A stretch of 64,000 bases of DNA from Octopus vulgaris (taxonomy: Eukaryota), in NCBI GenBank assembly GCA_951406725.2, contig OX597836.1, positions 19,344,001-19,408,000 on the forward strand, read 5' to 3'. Below the pieces are notes generated by a model. That model was not told where the DNA came from. It did no database searches and worked only from the letters and a program-made list of their open reading frames with translations. Positions within the stretch are counted from its first letter, which is position 1. Each line of letters begins with the position of its first letter. The translations under genes and the position numbers were made by a program. This document shows positions 26,274-38,310 of this stretch, in pieces.

Positions 26274-27128
26274 AAAAAGTACCCTTCAAATGCTGGGTGA
26301 TATGCCTGCCAAGCGAAGTGAAATCGTAGTCATGGCTGATGCCAGGATTGCATAACTGGCACCTCTGCTGGTGGCATGTAAAAAGTACCCTTCAAATGCT
26401 GGGTGATATGCCTGCCAAGCGAAGTGAAATCGTAGTCATGGCTGATGCCAGGATTGCATAACTGGCACCTCTGCTGGTGGCATGTAAAAAGTACCCTTCA
26501 AATGCTGGGTGATATGCCTGCCAAGCGAAGTGAAATCGTAGTCATGGCTGATGCCAGGATTGCATAACTGGCACCTCTGCTGTGGCATGTAAAAGTACCC
26601 TTCAAATGCTGGGTGATATGCCTGCCAAGCGAAGTGAAATCGTAGTCATGGCTGATGCCAGGATTGCATAACTGGCACCTCTGCTGGTGGCATGTAAAAA
26701 GTACCCTTCAAATGCTGGGTGATATGCCTGCCAAGCGAAGTGAAATCGTAGTCATGGCTGATGCCAGGATTGCATAACTGGCACCTCTGCTGGTGGCATG
26801 TAAAAAGTACCCTTCAAATGCTGGGTGATATGCCTGCCAAGCGAAGTGAAATCGTAGTCATGGCTGATGCCAGGATTGCATAACTGGCACCTCTGCTGGT
26901 GGCATGTAAAAAGTACCCTTCAAATGCTGGGTGATATGCCTGCCAAGCGAAGTGAAATCGTAGTCATGGCTGATGCCAGGATTGCATAACTGGCACCTCT
27001 GCTGGTGGCATGTAAAAAGTACCCTTCAAATGCTGGGTGATATGCCTGCCAAGCGAAGTGAAATCGTAGTCATGGCTGATGCCAGGATTGCATAACTGGC
27101 ACCTCTGCTGGTGGCATGTAAAAAGTAC
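26274..27128. repeat. 106-bp tandem repeat, 8 copies
   Basis: Unit AAAAAGTACCCTTCAAATGCTGGG...GGTGGCATGT at 26274, 26380, 26486 and onward; almost identical, no spacers. Confidence 0.95.
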
Positions 27129-27506
27129 TGTTCGAATGTTGGGCCTTCAGTGGCATCTGTACCAAGAATGTAAGGAGCTGGAAGAAAACGCTGCTAAGCA
27201 TTTTGTCCAATGTGCTAATGACTTTTCCAGCTTGCTACCTTAAATAGTAACAAAGTTATTTTACTAAAGTTTTTGTTATTTTCAAAATACGTTATCCAGC
27301 ACTAGGCTGGAACTGATTTACTGCTGTGTACACTGGAGTCACATGAAACCAAGGACACAACACCTTACCCAGTCTAAACAATTGAACTTGCAACCTTATG
27401 GTCATAAGCCCAGCATCTGAACCACGAGGTATGCATCTTCACATCCTACATACATATATAACTAAAGAGAGAGATATACAAAATTATACACACATACATA
27501 AAAGAG

Positions 27507-27552
<46 letters not shown>

Positions 27553-27640
27553 AGAGTTTACAAAAAAAAGAAAAAAAAAAAAAGACAGGTGGTGTAGAAA
27601 ACAAACAGATGTATTAGTACAACGCTCAGGAATTGAAAAA

Positions 27641-27680
27641 GTCTTTTACGTTTCGAGCCTACGCTCTTCTACAGAAAGGG
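27641..27680 (-). ncRNA. Minimal hammerhead-like motif with variant core CUGUAGA
   Basis: CTTT-CTGTAGA-A-GAGC-GTAG-GCTC-GAAAC-GTA^AAAG, inside a repeat (about 27549-27720) abutting (TA)n. Confidence 0.5.
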
Positions 27681-28603
27681 ACACAGAAAAAACAAGGAGA
27701 GAAACAAGGAGAGAAAAAAAGGAGAGAAAAAAGGAAAGTAGAAAAAGGAGAGAAAATATATACATACACACACACATATATATATACAGATAGGCAGATA
27801 AATATGTAGGTAGATAGATAGGTAGATAAATAGGGATAGATAGATATAGAGATAAATGAATATAGAGATAGGTAGGTAGAGAGATAGATAGATATTTGGA
27901 TTATTCCCTAGAATTAATTGATTAGTTTTGAAAAGCATAACAGAGAGTTACTATCTCTGCTCACAACGAAAGAATTCCCTCTGTGAGTAAAGGACAAATT
28001 GTATGTTGCCTATATGTCAAATGCTATGTTGCATGTTAGCGTAACATGGATTTAGAAAGTGGAGGAAATGTGAGAGTTGACAAGAAAGAAAGCAAGAATG
28101 CTCAACTCTATGTTAGTATACAAGGATGACAGCGCACAAATAAGCCGAGAGAAAAACCAGGTATGAAAGGGTTAAGACATAGGGTGCAAGAGAGGAAACT
28201 GAGCTGGAAGAGACAGGTGTATCATGTATAAGAAGGATGGTAGTTGGGTAAGAAGTGGCAAGCAACCACAGTAAAAGGAATTTGCAGAAGAGGAAGACCA
28301 AAGCAGGCACAAAAGAAAGAAGTTTAAGCTGACCCTCTGTCGGCAGAACCTCAAGAAGATGACAAAGGATTATGACAAGTGGCAAGATGGTACGCAGGAG
28401 AAAACCCATTGAAGCATAGGAAAACAGACAACAAAAATGGTGATGATGATGATGATAGCAGTGGTGAGGTATATACTGAGATTATATATATATATACATA
28501 TGATTGTATAAAAGATGCATGAGCATATTAGATGTACCCCAATTTTAGAGCGTTCAAACACAGGGCTTGGGGTGACCTTTTGAGATATTTGGGTGGGGGT
28601 TAA

Positions 28604-28823
28604 CCCTTTCGTTACCAACCCGGCTGAAACCGGCTCTGGTTCTGAATACAAATGTCTTGTTTTCATAAGTTTTCAGTTAAAATCTTCCACCACACCTTAG
28701 TCACAATTTATGTTCCAAACACTAGGTTAATGGTAACTAAGTTATTTTACTAAATTCTTTATTATATTTAAAGTAATTGAAAGGAACACAGAGCATCTCA
28801 AAATAAATACAGTAACGAAAGGG
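28604..28823. mobile_element. piggyBac-like MITE (TTAA TSD)
   Basis: TTAA|CCCTTTCGTTAC...GTAACGAAAGGG|TTAA; same family at 41186-41406, 41431-41657 and 50690-50909. Confidence 0.82.
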
Positions 28824-29094
28824 TTAAGTGGGTCCACACACACACATACTCACTCTCTCTCTCACACACACACATTTGTTCAATGCAGTTTAAATATTAA
28901 ATAACAAGACAACCAGTATCTAGAACTTCATGTGTCTTCCTATTCATGAAATTGTAGTTCTTTTGTTTGTTATGAATCCTGTATTTGAGAGTTACACAAG
29001 AGTGTATGTAGAAAGTACAATGAAGCATGAGAGATTGTTTAAAAGATACTTAGTTGCACCATCTTACGTATGTTCTATTAATATAAGGTGACTA

Positions 29095-29330
29095 ATTAGT
29101 TACATAATGTAAATTACATAATCAATACTTATCGTCAAATTGTCAGAGATATGTAACTATTATATGTAACATTGGATTGAAAAGATCTTGATATAACTAA
29201 CAGTTACCATCTCCATGATGGTTGATTTGTCAACATCTTTTCAATCCACTTATGTTACATTTAAAAGTTACACATCTCTGATGATTTGACAATAAGTCTT
29301 GATTGTGTAATTTACATTATGTAATTGATA
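29095..29330. mobile_element. AT-rich palindromic (fold-back) MITE-like element
   Basis: About 100-bp imperfect inverted arms (TTACATAATGTAAATTACA...TGTAATTTACATTATGTAA) around a short loop. Confidence 0.65.
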
Positions 29331-29777
29331 ATGACTGTCAGAGCTATGCCATTAGAGTGCAAACTCTCGTTAAGGTCTCTTGTGCAAGACAGGTCAAAGG
29401 CCAGATAGATATGGATCACCTCTTCCCAGATGTGAAAATGGGTTTGCATAGGGCCAACACACCTACCTAGACAAAGCAAAATTACAGAAGAATTGATGAT
29501 AATAATACAAGGCTAAAAGACCTGAGAGAAAAGATGATGACCATCATCATCATGATTTCAAAAGGGAAATATGATGATATATTCATAATGTGGTGTAAAT
29601 AAGTGTCCAAAGCAAATTTTTTTCTTTCCAGTATAACACAAAGACCTACCTGATCTGAGTTTATATTCATGAAAGAGTTAACAAGACTCCCCACATTTAT
29701 AGATTAATTTCACCATCAGCTCTGATGATCAATATTTCTGTTTTATCAAAGATAGCATATTGAAAAGCAGCATTTAC

Positions 29778-29946
29778 CTTGACAAGGACACGTCCCTTGA
29801 AGAATTCAGGTGAGGGTAAACATTGCCTGATGACATCAACAGGCTCCACGTATAATCTCTCTCCAAAAACTGATGTAATATACTGAGACATTTTCTGTTG
29901 CTGCTTTAAGCTACAATGGTTCTCAAGGCAGACTATCACAGGATAG
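29778..29946 (-). CDS. PLCL: PLCL exon 11: X domain
   Basis: ttcag|...|gtaaa; YPVIVCLENHCSLKQQQKMSQYITSVFGERLY...LPSPEFFKGRVLVK; 169 nt, phase 2-0. Confidence 0.94.
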
Positions 29947-30172
29947 CTGAAAGAAAATATGTAAATATATTTATATAAATATATACTCTTTTACTTGTTT
30001 CAGTCATGTGACTGTGGCCATGCTGGAGCACCTCCTTTAGTTGATCAAATCGACCCCGGGATTTATTCTTTGTAAGCCCAGTACTTATTCTATCGGTCTC
30101 TTTTGCTGAACCACTAAGTGACGGGGACATAAACACACCAGCATCGGTTGTCAAGCAATGCTAGGGAGACAA

Positions 30173-30205
<33 letters not shown>

Positions 30206-30924
30206 CATATATACGACGGGCTTCTTTCAGTTTCTGTCTACCAAATCCACTCACAAGGCTTTGGTTGGCCCGGGGCTATAGCAGAAGACACTTGCCCAAG
30301 ATGCCATGTGGTTCGTAAGCAAGCTACTTACCACACAGCCACTCCTGCGCCTATATATATATATATATAAGGTTGTTTGTGTGTGTGTGTGTGTGCAAGT
30401 GCTTCTATGTGTCTTCATGCTGTAATCATGTGAACAAAAAACAGTGACATTATCTTAAGCCATTAATCCATACACAATGTCCAATAGCTCAGTGGTTTTG
30501 TGAAAAAGGCTGGTGGCAGGAAGTGCATCCAGCTATAACATACTGTCTCGGTAATCCCGTCCAATAGATGTACAAATGTACACACCACACACAAATATAC
30601 ATGCAGGTGTGGCAGGGTGATTAAGAAGTTTGCTTCTCAGCCACATGGTTTTAGGTTCAGTTCCATGGTACAACATCTCGAGCAAATGTCTTCTGCTATA
30701 CTCACAAATCAATCAAAGCTTTGTCAGTGGATCTGGTAGACAACAACCGAATGAAGTCCATTGTGTATGTGTATACACAAACACACACACGAGTTTTATG
30801 CCTCCTTGTCTTGATATCTTACAAAATGTACTATAGTATTTAGACCATCACCATTATACAATGGAATATAGAATAGCAGTACTAAAGCATTTACCCCCAT
30901 CAAAGTGACACTATGGTAACACCA

Positions 30925-31167
30925 GAGCTGAAGACACCTCCGAAAGGTGGGGCCCCGCCACGTCAAAACGGTAGAGGAGTAGGGGCCAAAACTGGACGTG
31001 GTTCCTCCTGATGATGTCTTGAGCTAACTGGATCCTATAAAGGAGCTGAAGACACCTCCGAAAGTGGGGGGGACCACCACGTCAAAACAGTAGAGGAGTA
31101 GGGGCCGAAACCGGACGTGGTTCCTCCTGATGATGTCTTGAGCTAACTGGATCCTATAAAGGAGCTG
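30925..31167. repeat. About 118-bp tandem duplication
   Basis: GAGCTG recurs at 30925, 31043 and 31162. Confidence 0.88.
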
Positions 31168-31210
31168 TTGTGGTAGCAGACCACGAAACACGGTTGTAAT
31201 TCCTCATGTC

Positions 31211-31333
31211 ATGCAGGGGCATCAAACAGCAGCTAGCTATGTTGGCAAGCTGGAATGGGCATCACTCTTGACTGAAGGCCCTCGTCTGTGTGGAGAAGAC
31301 TGGATTTCTCAACAGGATAATGCTACAATCCAA
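31211..31333 (+). pseudogene. Tc1-like transposase fragment
   Basis: MQGHQTAASYVGKLEWASLLTEGPRLCGEDWISQQDNATI contains the QQDNA catalytic-D motif. Confidence 0.65.
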
Positions 31334-31953
31334 GTCTGAGAAAGATGGTTCTGCAATTTTTCGTTGAACCACCTGCACAAATGATTTGCTTTCATCATCA
31401 TCATCATCATCATCATTTAACGTCCGCTTTCCATGCTAGCATGGGTTGGACGATTTTGACTGAGGGCTGGCAAACCAGATGGCTGCACCAGACTCCAATC
31501 TTGATCTGGCAGAGTTTCTACAGCTGGATGCCCTTCCTAACACCAACCACTCCAAAAGTGTAGCGGGTGCTTTTGAAGTGCCACCGGCACGGGGGCCAGT
31601 CAGGCAGTACTGGCAATGACCTCGCTTAAATCTTTTTACACGTGCCAGTGAAGCGACGTTGGTAACGATCACGCTCATGATCAAATGTGTGTGCTGCACA
31701 TTAGCTCGTTTCCTCCATTAAATTGACGTTGCCTGAACAGATACATGGTGTGCCACATGTCCAGGTGTCAAAGTGATCAGAGAGCAACACAAGATGAAGC
31801 TTTTTGGCTCAAGAACTCATTGCACTGACCACTCCGGCAATCAAACTCATCTTGTGATCATGGATACAACACCTTAATGAATAGGTCACGAACCCTTACA
31901 ATATGGTATATTAGAACAGCAATAATGTACTGGATTTGAGAATACTCTCTTAC

Positions 31954-32074
31954 CTTGATGATTCAAAGCCATATTTGTTGATGGTCTCAATGACACTTTT
32001 AAATGGTAACTTAGAAGAAAGGGTTCGTCCATGGTAAACTAGGGGCTCATCATCCGGTCCATCCCAACAGTCCA
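31954..32074 (-). CDS. PLCL: PLCL exon 10: X domain with second catalytic His
   Basis: tctag|...|gtaag; [40 protein letters not shown]; 121 nt, phase 1-2. Confidence 0.94.
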
Positions 32075-33344
32075 CTAGAGAGAGAGAGAGAAAAACAGTT
32101 TGAGAATTCTTTCGAGTCATTTAAGTGATTTTCTTGTGACCAAATTTTTAACAAAATACACCAGGTGTTTCAATTCATTTTGAAAATAATTAAGAGTTTG
32201 CAGGAATTTAATAGAATACTTGGTGCTATCATTTATTGGGATTATCATCCCAGCATTTGTAAAAGAACTTAGAAAAGACTGAAAGAAGTAAAAGATAAAG
32301 GATAAGATAGTTTAGTATTGTGATGTTAGAATTCGGGGCTGATATCTAATGGATGGAAGCACTCTGTCGGTTACGACGACGAGGGTTCCGGTTGATCCGA
32401 TCAACGGAACAGCCTGCTCGTGAAATTAACGTGTCAGTGGCTGAGCACTCCACAGACACGTGTACCCTTAACGTAGTCCTCGGGGATATTCAGCATGACA
32501 CAGAGTGACAAGGCCGGCCCTTTGAAATACAGGTACAACAGAAACAGGAAGTAAGAGTGAGAGAAAGTTGTGGTGAAAGAGTACAGCAGGGATCACCACC
32601 ATCCCCTGCCGGAGCCTCGTGGAAGCTTTAGGTGTTTTCGCTCAATAAACACTCACAACGCCCGGTCTGGGAATCGAAACCGCGATCCTACAACCGCGAG
32701 TTCGCTGCCCTAACCACTGGGCCATTGCGCCTCCACAGGGGCTGATATCAATTATATCAACAAGCAATCACACTTATTTAGACTATTGATTACTAACATG
32801 GGAATACTACAACTTTGAAGCATAGGGTATAATCAACCTCAGGGTTTGACTGATAATAATGGGAATGAGAGATAAAATTGACAACAGTAGAATTTGAATT
32901 TGGATTGAGAAAAGCCATAATAACTATGGTAAGGCATTTTGTCTGACACTCTAAAGATTTTGCAAGTTTATTGACCTACAAAAATATTAACAAAGAAACA
33001 AAAAAAAAAGAATAATAAATATTCTTGCTGAAGGGTGATAGGCAAACTAACAATTCTGCCAGCTTCCCTCATTCAGTGTTTGAAAATATTGGTTTCACCA
33101 ATATCAGGGAAGTGGTAAATCAACTACGTCAACCCCAGTGTTCAACTGGTACTTATTACACATTGGCATCAGTTGTCAAGCAGTGGTGGGGAACAAACAC
33201 AGACACACAAATGCATATAAATATGTATAATGGGCTTCTTTCAGTTTTTGTTTTGTCTTTGGTCAGTAAGTGTTATTTCCTATTTACTTCTATATAGAAA
33301 TCAAAGGAAATGACTACTATTTCCTTCAAACTTTGCTTTGTGAC

Positions 33345-33870
33345 CTGGAGATTGCTCGGAGATTGCCCGGAAATCGCCTGGAGATTGCCTGGAAATCACC
33401 TGGAGATTACCCGGAAATTGCCGGAGATTGCCCAGACAATCTCAGTTCGTTTTCCGGGCAATTGCCTGGAAATCGCCAGAGATTGCCTGCCAGAGATCAC
33501 CCCAAAATCGCCGGAGATTGCCCGGAAATCGCCGGAGATTACCCCAAAATCGCCCGGAAATTAGTTGAACAATTTGACCTGAGGATGTATTCTTTGTAAG
33601 CCTAGTACTTATTCTATCAGTCTCTTTTACTGAACTGCTAAGTTACAGGGAATTGACCAAAGATTGCCTGGAGATTGACCGTATATTGCCTGGAAATCGC
33701 CGGAGATTGCCCGGAAAACGCCTGGAGATTGCCAGGAAATAGCAGGAGATTGCCTGGAAATCACCTGGAGATTACCCGGAAATCACCGGAGATTACCCAA
33801 AAATTGCACTGAGATTGGGGATTGCCTGGAAATTGGCCAGAGATTACCCGGAAATCGCCCTTAGATTGAC
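33345..33870. repeat. GC-rich 10-11-bp minisatellite (GGAGATTGCCC / GGAAATCGCCC) interrupted by a SINE fragment
   Basis: Direct inspection; SINE piece at about 33562-33650. Confidence 0.85.
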
Positions 33871-34306
33871 CTATTTTCCATTACATTTCAGACAGATACA
33901 ACACTTAGTTGCTGAAGCAGAAATATCGTTATAACAAATATTCTGCTCAGAACCACAGATTTGCTTGTCAGTGGCTTGACCTTAACCAGTTGAGCATGTC
34001 CCTTAGTGGCTGACAATATGTGCTTCTCTAATCATGAGCAAGTAGTTGGGGGAACATCATAGCCATGTATTGAGAGGATTCTTTGGGGTTTGAATAAGTA
34101 TAAGAATAGCAAAGTTTGAAGGAAATATTAGCCATTTTTCATACTTTCTTGGGAAATAACAGTTACTACTCAAGGACAAAAACTATGTTACACAGTGCGA
34201 TTGGTATGTTACCAAATGAAAATCAAGTGCAGACAGATGGTGTGTATCCAAATCGATGAAATGAAATAACATGCTAAATGGATAAAAGAGGGAAGAGATA
34301 TCTCAC

Positions 34307-34392
34307 ATTCAACACATCTGCATCCTTTCTTCAAAACTTTGATATAACCTTCTATGCTTGCTGGTCCCTTCAACTGATCATCCATAAGATAT
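34307..34392 (-). CDS. PLCL: PLCL exon 9: X domain
   Basis: ttcag|...|gtgag; [28 protein letters not shown]; 86 nt, phase 2-1. Confidence 0.94.
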
Positions 34393-34852
34393 CTGAAACA
34401 ACAGAAATCACATTAAAACAACAAAACATTATAACATCCTAGTTTTTTTTTTTGTCATAAATGAAATATTGGTTTCAAATTTTGGTGGAATTTCAACTCA
34501 AAAGCACGCATTTAATTTCTCTTCACTACAAGACAGTGCATGATTAATTCAAAGTAACGTGTATAAATAAGCATTGCATTTGAGAGAGTAATCTGAATGC
34601 TAAATGGTTAAAGAGTAAAGATTCAAATGAATTTTTCTTTTGCTTATGTGTGTCTCTTTTTACTCTTTTACTTGTTTCAGTCATTTGACTGGGGCCATGC
34701 TGGAGCACCGCAAATCGACCCCGGGACTTATTCTTTGTAAGCCCAGTACTTATTCTATCGGTCTCTTTTGCCGAACCGCTAGGTGACGGTGATGTAAACA
34801 CACCAGCATCAGTTGTCAAGCAATGCTAGGGGGACAAACACAGACACACAAA

Positions 34853-34885
<33 letters not shown>

Positions 34886-35818
34886 CGACGGGCTTCTTTC
34901 AGTTTCCGTCTACCAAATCCACCCACAAGGCATTGGTCAGCCCGGGGCTATAGCAGAAGACACTTGCCCAAGATGCCACGCAGTGGGACTGAACCCAGAA
35001 CCATGTGGTTGGTTAGCAAGCTACTTACCACACAGCCACTCCTGCTTATGTGTGTCTCTTTGTATCTGTGTTTGTCCACCACCTGTGTTTGTCCACCACC
35101 ACCACCACCACCACCACCACCACCACCACCACCACCGCTTGACAACCGGTGTTGGTGTATTTATTGCTTACACAAAACCCATGTACTCTTGCAAACCCCT
35201 ACCCACACACACTCCCCATTCCTCTGTCTCCACTCACTTCTATTCACCTCATACTTTTTAGGGGTCCACATGGACACCTCACTACCAATATTTATCTCTT
35301 TGCAGCCCCCACTGATCATTCCCACACCCTTCTAAATGTATGTACCCATGTAACTCAAGAAGCCACATAACAACAAGAAGCCGCTGTCTCACTCCACTTC
35401 TCTCATACTATAATCTTTGCCTTCTAGCATAAAGCTTTCCACACCTCCCTTCAAATGACCAATCGATAGTCTGTATCCAGTAATCCAGCTTATTGCCCAT
35501 TTGCAATAGATCTCCTCAATCAGAGTTGACCAGAGCTAAATGATAACAACAAAAAAACTAAACCTGCTACAGATATACACCTACACACACACCACTCCTG
35601 TGTTGTTGACAAACGAACCAGAAAAATAAGTTACAACTTAGCAGTTCAGTAAGAGCAACTGATAAAATAAGTGCCAGGCTTAGCAAAAAGAATAACTACT
35701 GGGATTGATTCATTTGAATAAAACTTCTTCAAGGCAGTGCCCCAGGATGGTCGCAGTCTTATGATTGAAACAAGTATAAAAAAAAGGGGGGAAATGTTGG
35801 TGAAGGAGCTTTACTTAC

Positions 35819-35936
35819 GTGTTATGAGAACTAGCTATGAAATAGTGACACAGGGGTTGAGACATATCTTGACAAATATTTTTGTGTTCTGGGCTGAAGA
35901 TTTCGCAATCATCTGACAAGAGATAAGCTGTAAAAC
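35819..35936 (-). CDS. PLCL: PLCL exon 8: EF end and X-domain start
   Basis: tccag|...|gtaag; [40 protein letters not shown]; 118 nt, phase 1-2. Confidence 0.94.
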
Positions 35937-37037
35937 CTGGAAAAGTGAAACAGATTAGCAGGAGATTAATTGAGAAAATGAAGAGAACAGTCATTGAGGT
36001 AAGGATTTAACCCTTTTGTCACCATATGAAAAGGTTACGGAAATTTTGCAGGCATGGGAGTGTGCAAAGAAGCTTGCTTCCCAACATGGCTCTGGGTTGA
36101 GTTCCATTGTGTGACACCTTGGGCAAGTGTCTTCTACTATAGCCTCAGGCTGATCAAAGCCTTGAGAGTGGATTTAATAGATGGAAACTGAAAGAAGCCC
36201 ATCATGTGTGTCTTTGGATTTAACCCTTTTTGTTACCATATTTCTGTCTTTGTTTTGAAAATACTGATGAATTTAATAAAATAACTTGGCTGTTATTAAG
36301 CAGGTTTGATGGAAGAAAGTTTTAATTTTAATCACTTTAAAGCAGAATGTTTGTATCGTAGTACCAAGAGTAATCTGAGGTGAGTTGCACCCACAAGGGG
36401 CTAAACACAAAGGGGACAGACAAGGATAGAAAACGGATCAAGTCGATTATATCGGCCCCAGTACGTAACTGGTACTTATTTAATCAACCCCGAAAGGATG
36501 AAAGGCAAAGTCGACCTCGGCGGAATTTGAACTCAGAACGTAGTGGCAGACGAAATACCTATTTCTTTACTACCCACAAGGGGTTAAACACAGAAACGAC
36601 AAACAAGGACAGACAAACGGATTAAGTCGATTACATCGACCTCAGTATTCATCTGGTACTTAATTTATCGACCCCGAAAGGATGAAAGGCAAAGTCAACC
36701 TCAGTGGAATTTGAACTCAGAATATAAAAACAGATGAAATACCTATTTCTTTACTACCCACAAGGGAACAAACACAGAGAGGACAAACAAGGGCAGACAA
36801 ATGGATTAAGTCGATTATATCAACCCCAGTGCGTAACTGGTACTTATTTAATCGACCCCGAAAGGATGAAAGGCAAAGTCAACCTCAGCGGAATTTGAAC
36901 TCAGAACGTAGCGGCAGATGAAATACCGCTAAGCATTTTGCCCGGCGTGCTAACGATTCTGCCAGCTTACCGCCTTCCTACAACTATTTACCATTGTCTT
37001 AACTGCTCAACAGTAACTAAACAAAAAGACAACTTAC

Positions 37038-37131
37038 CATCAATACCTAGGTGGCCTTTGGTTCGACCTTCACTGGAAGGTTCATATTTGTTTATTAATT
37101 CCCAACATCGTTCTTTTGTAACTCTAGGTTC
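37038..37131 (-). CDS. PLCL: PLCL exon 7: EF-hand
   Basis: atcag|...|gtaag; [32 protein letters not shown]; 94 nt, phase 0-1. Confidence 0.92.
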
Positions 37132-37659
37132 CTGATAAAAGAAGAAACATTCAAGAATGGTTTGACTGTTGCCATAAAAACTCAAAAATATTAGAGTGGT
37201 GTTGAAGAATTTACAGAATTACATGAAAAGGTTATGGAAATTTTGCAGGCATGGTAGTGTGCCACACAATGGAACTCAACCCAGAACCATGCTTCCCAAC
37301 ATGGTTCTGGGTTGAGTTCCATTGTGTGGCACCTTGGGCAAGTGTCTTCTACTATAGCCTCAGGCTGTGAGTGGTAAAATGCAGAATTAGGTCAGCTGAT
37401 TGTGAGAATCAAATATTGATCGCTTCGCTAAAAACTGCAGGTGGTATGGGTTATTTCCCTTGGGTGGTTTAAATAATATATTAATAATATGTAGTAGAAG
37501 ATAGAATGATCCATTGGAAGGCCCTATTATCGATTTTTTTCCCAACAATCTAAGTATGCCATGAGATTTCGAATAAAATATAGAATAAATATAAAATATA
37601 AAAGTGATATTGTCTGCAAAAATTAGAAATTGGACACAACTCAATGTAGAGTGGAAGTT

Positions 37660-38310
37660 TGGTTTCATTGTTTAAGAGGGAGAGAGTTAGCCTAGATGAG
37701 ATGTAGTTTGGTTTTGTATCAGGTGGAAGCACCACTGATGCTATATTTCTGGTAAGGTAACAGCAGGAGAAATATCTAGCCTAAGATAAACCTCTGTATT
37801 TGGCTTTTGTTGACTTGGAGAAAGTCTTTCACAGAGTCCCCCAATACCTTATCGGTGGTCAATGCAGAAACTAGGGATAGATGAATGGTTGGTAATAACG
37901 GTGCAAGCCCTGTACAAGGATACTGTCAGTAAGGTGAGGGTTGGCAACAAGTATTGTGAAGAATTCCAGGTAGAAGGGTTCACCAAGGATCAGTACTCAG
38001 CTCCCTCTTATTCATCATAGTCCTCTAGGCAATAACAAAGGAATTCAAAACAGGCTACCCCTGGGAGCTCCTCTATGCTGATGACCTTGTTCTTCAACTA
38101 GAGATGAAGTTTCAGGTGTGGAAGCAAGGTCTAGAATCAAAGGGCCTTCGAGTCAACCTAGCAAAAACCAAAGTCCTAGTAAGTAGGAAAGAAAACAAAT
38201 CACAAACCCCTTCAAGTAGAGGGCCCTGCTTGCTCTGTAGAAAAGGCATGGGTAGAAACTCCATTAGATGTACCCAGTGTAAGCTATGGACACATAAGAG
38301 GTGCAGCAAT
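37660..38310 (+). mobile_element. RTE-clade LINE reverse transcriptase fragment
   Basis: AFVDLEKVF, QGSVLS, LLYADDLV and RVNLAKTK motifs, then a Cys/His finger CLLC...CTQCKLWTHKRC; multiple stops. Confidence 0.85.

Noticed and set aside
26274-27128. Regular array superficially like CRISPR
   Set aside because: Contiguous identical 106-bp units with no unique spacers, no cas genes, and a eukaryotic intron context.
33270-33599. ORF with PEIAGDC repeats
   Set aside because: Product of a 10-11-bp minisatellite with variable unit length, interrupted by a SINE fragment.
34983-35335. Poly-His, poly-Pro and poly-Gly ORFs
   Set aside because: A (CCA)n microsatellite inside SINE sequence.
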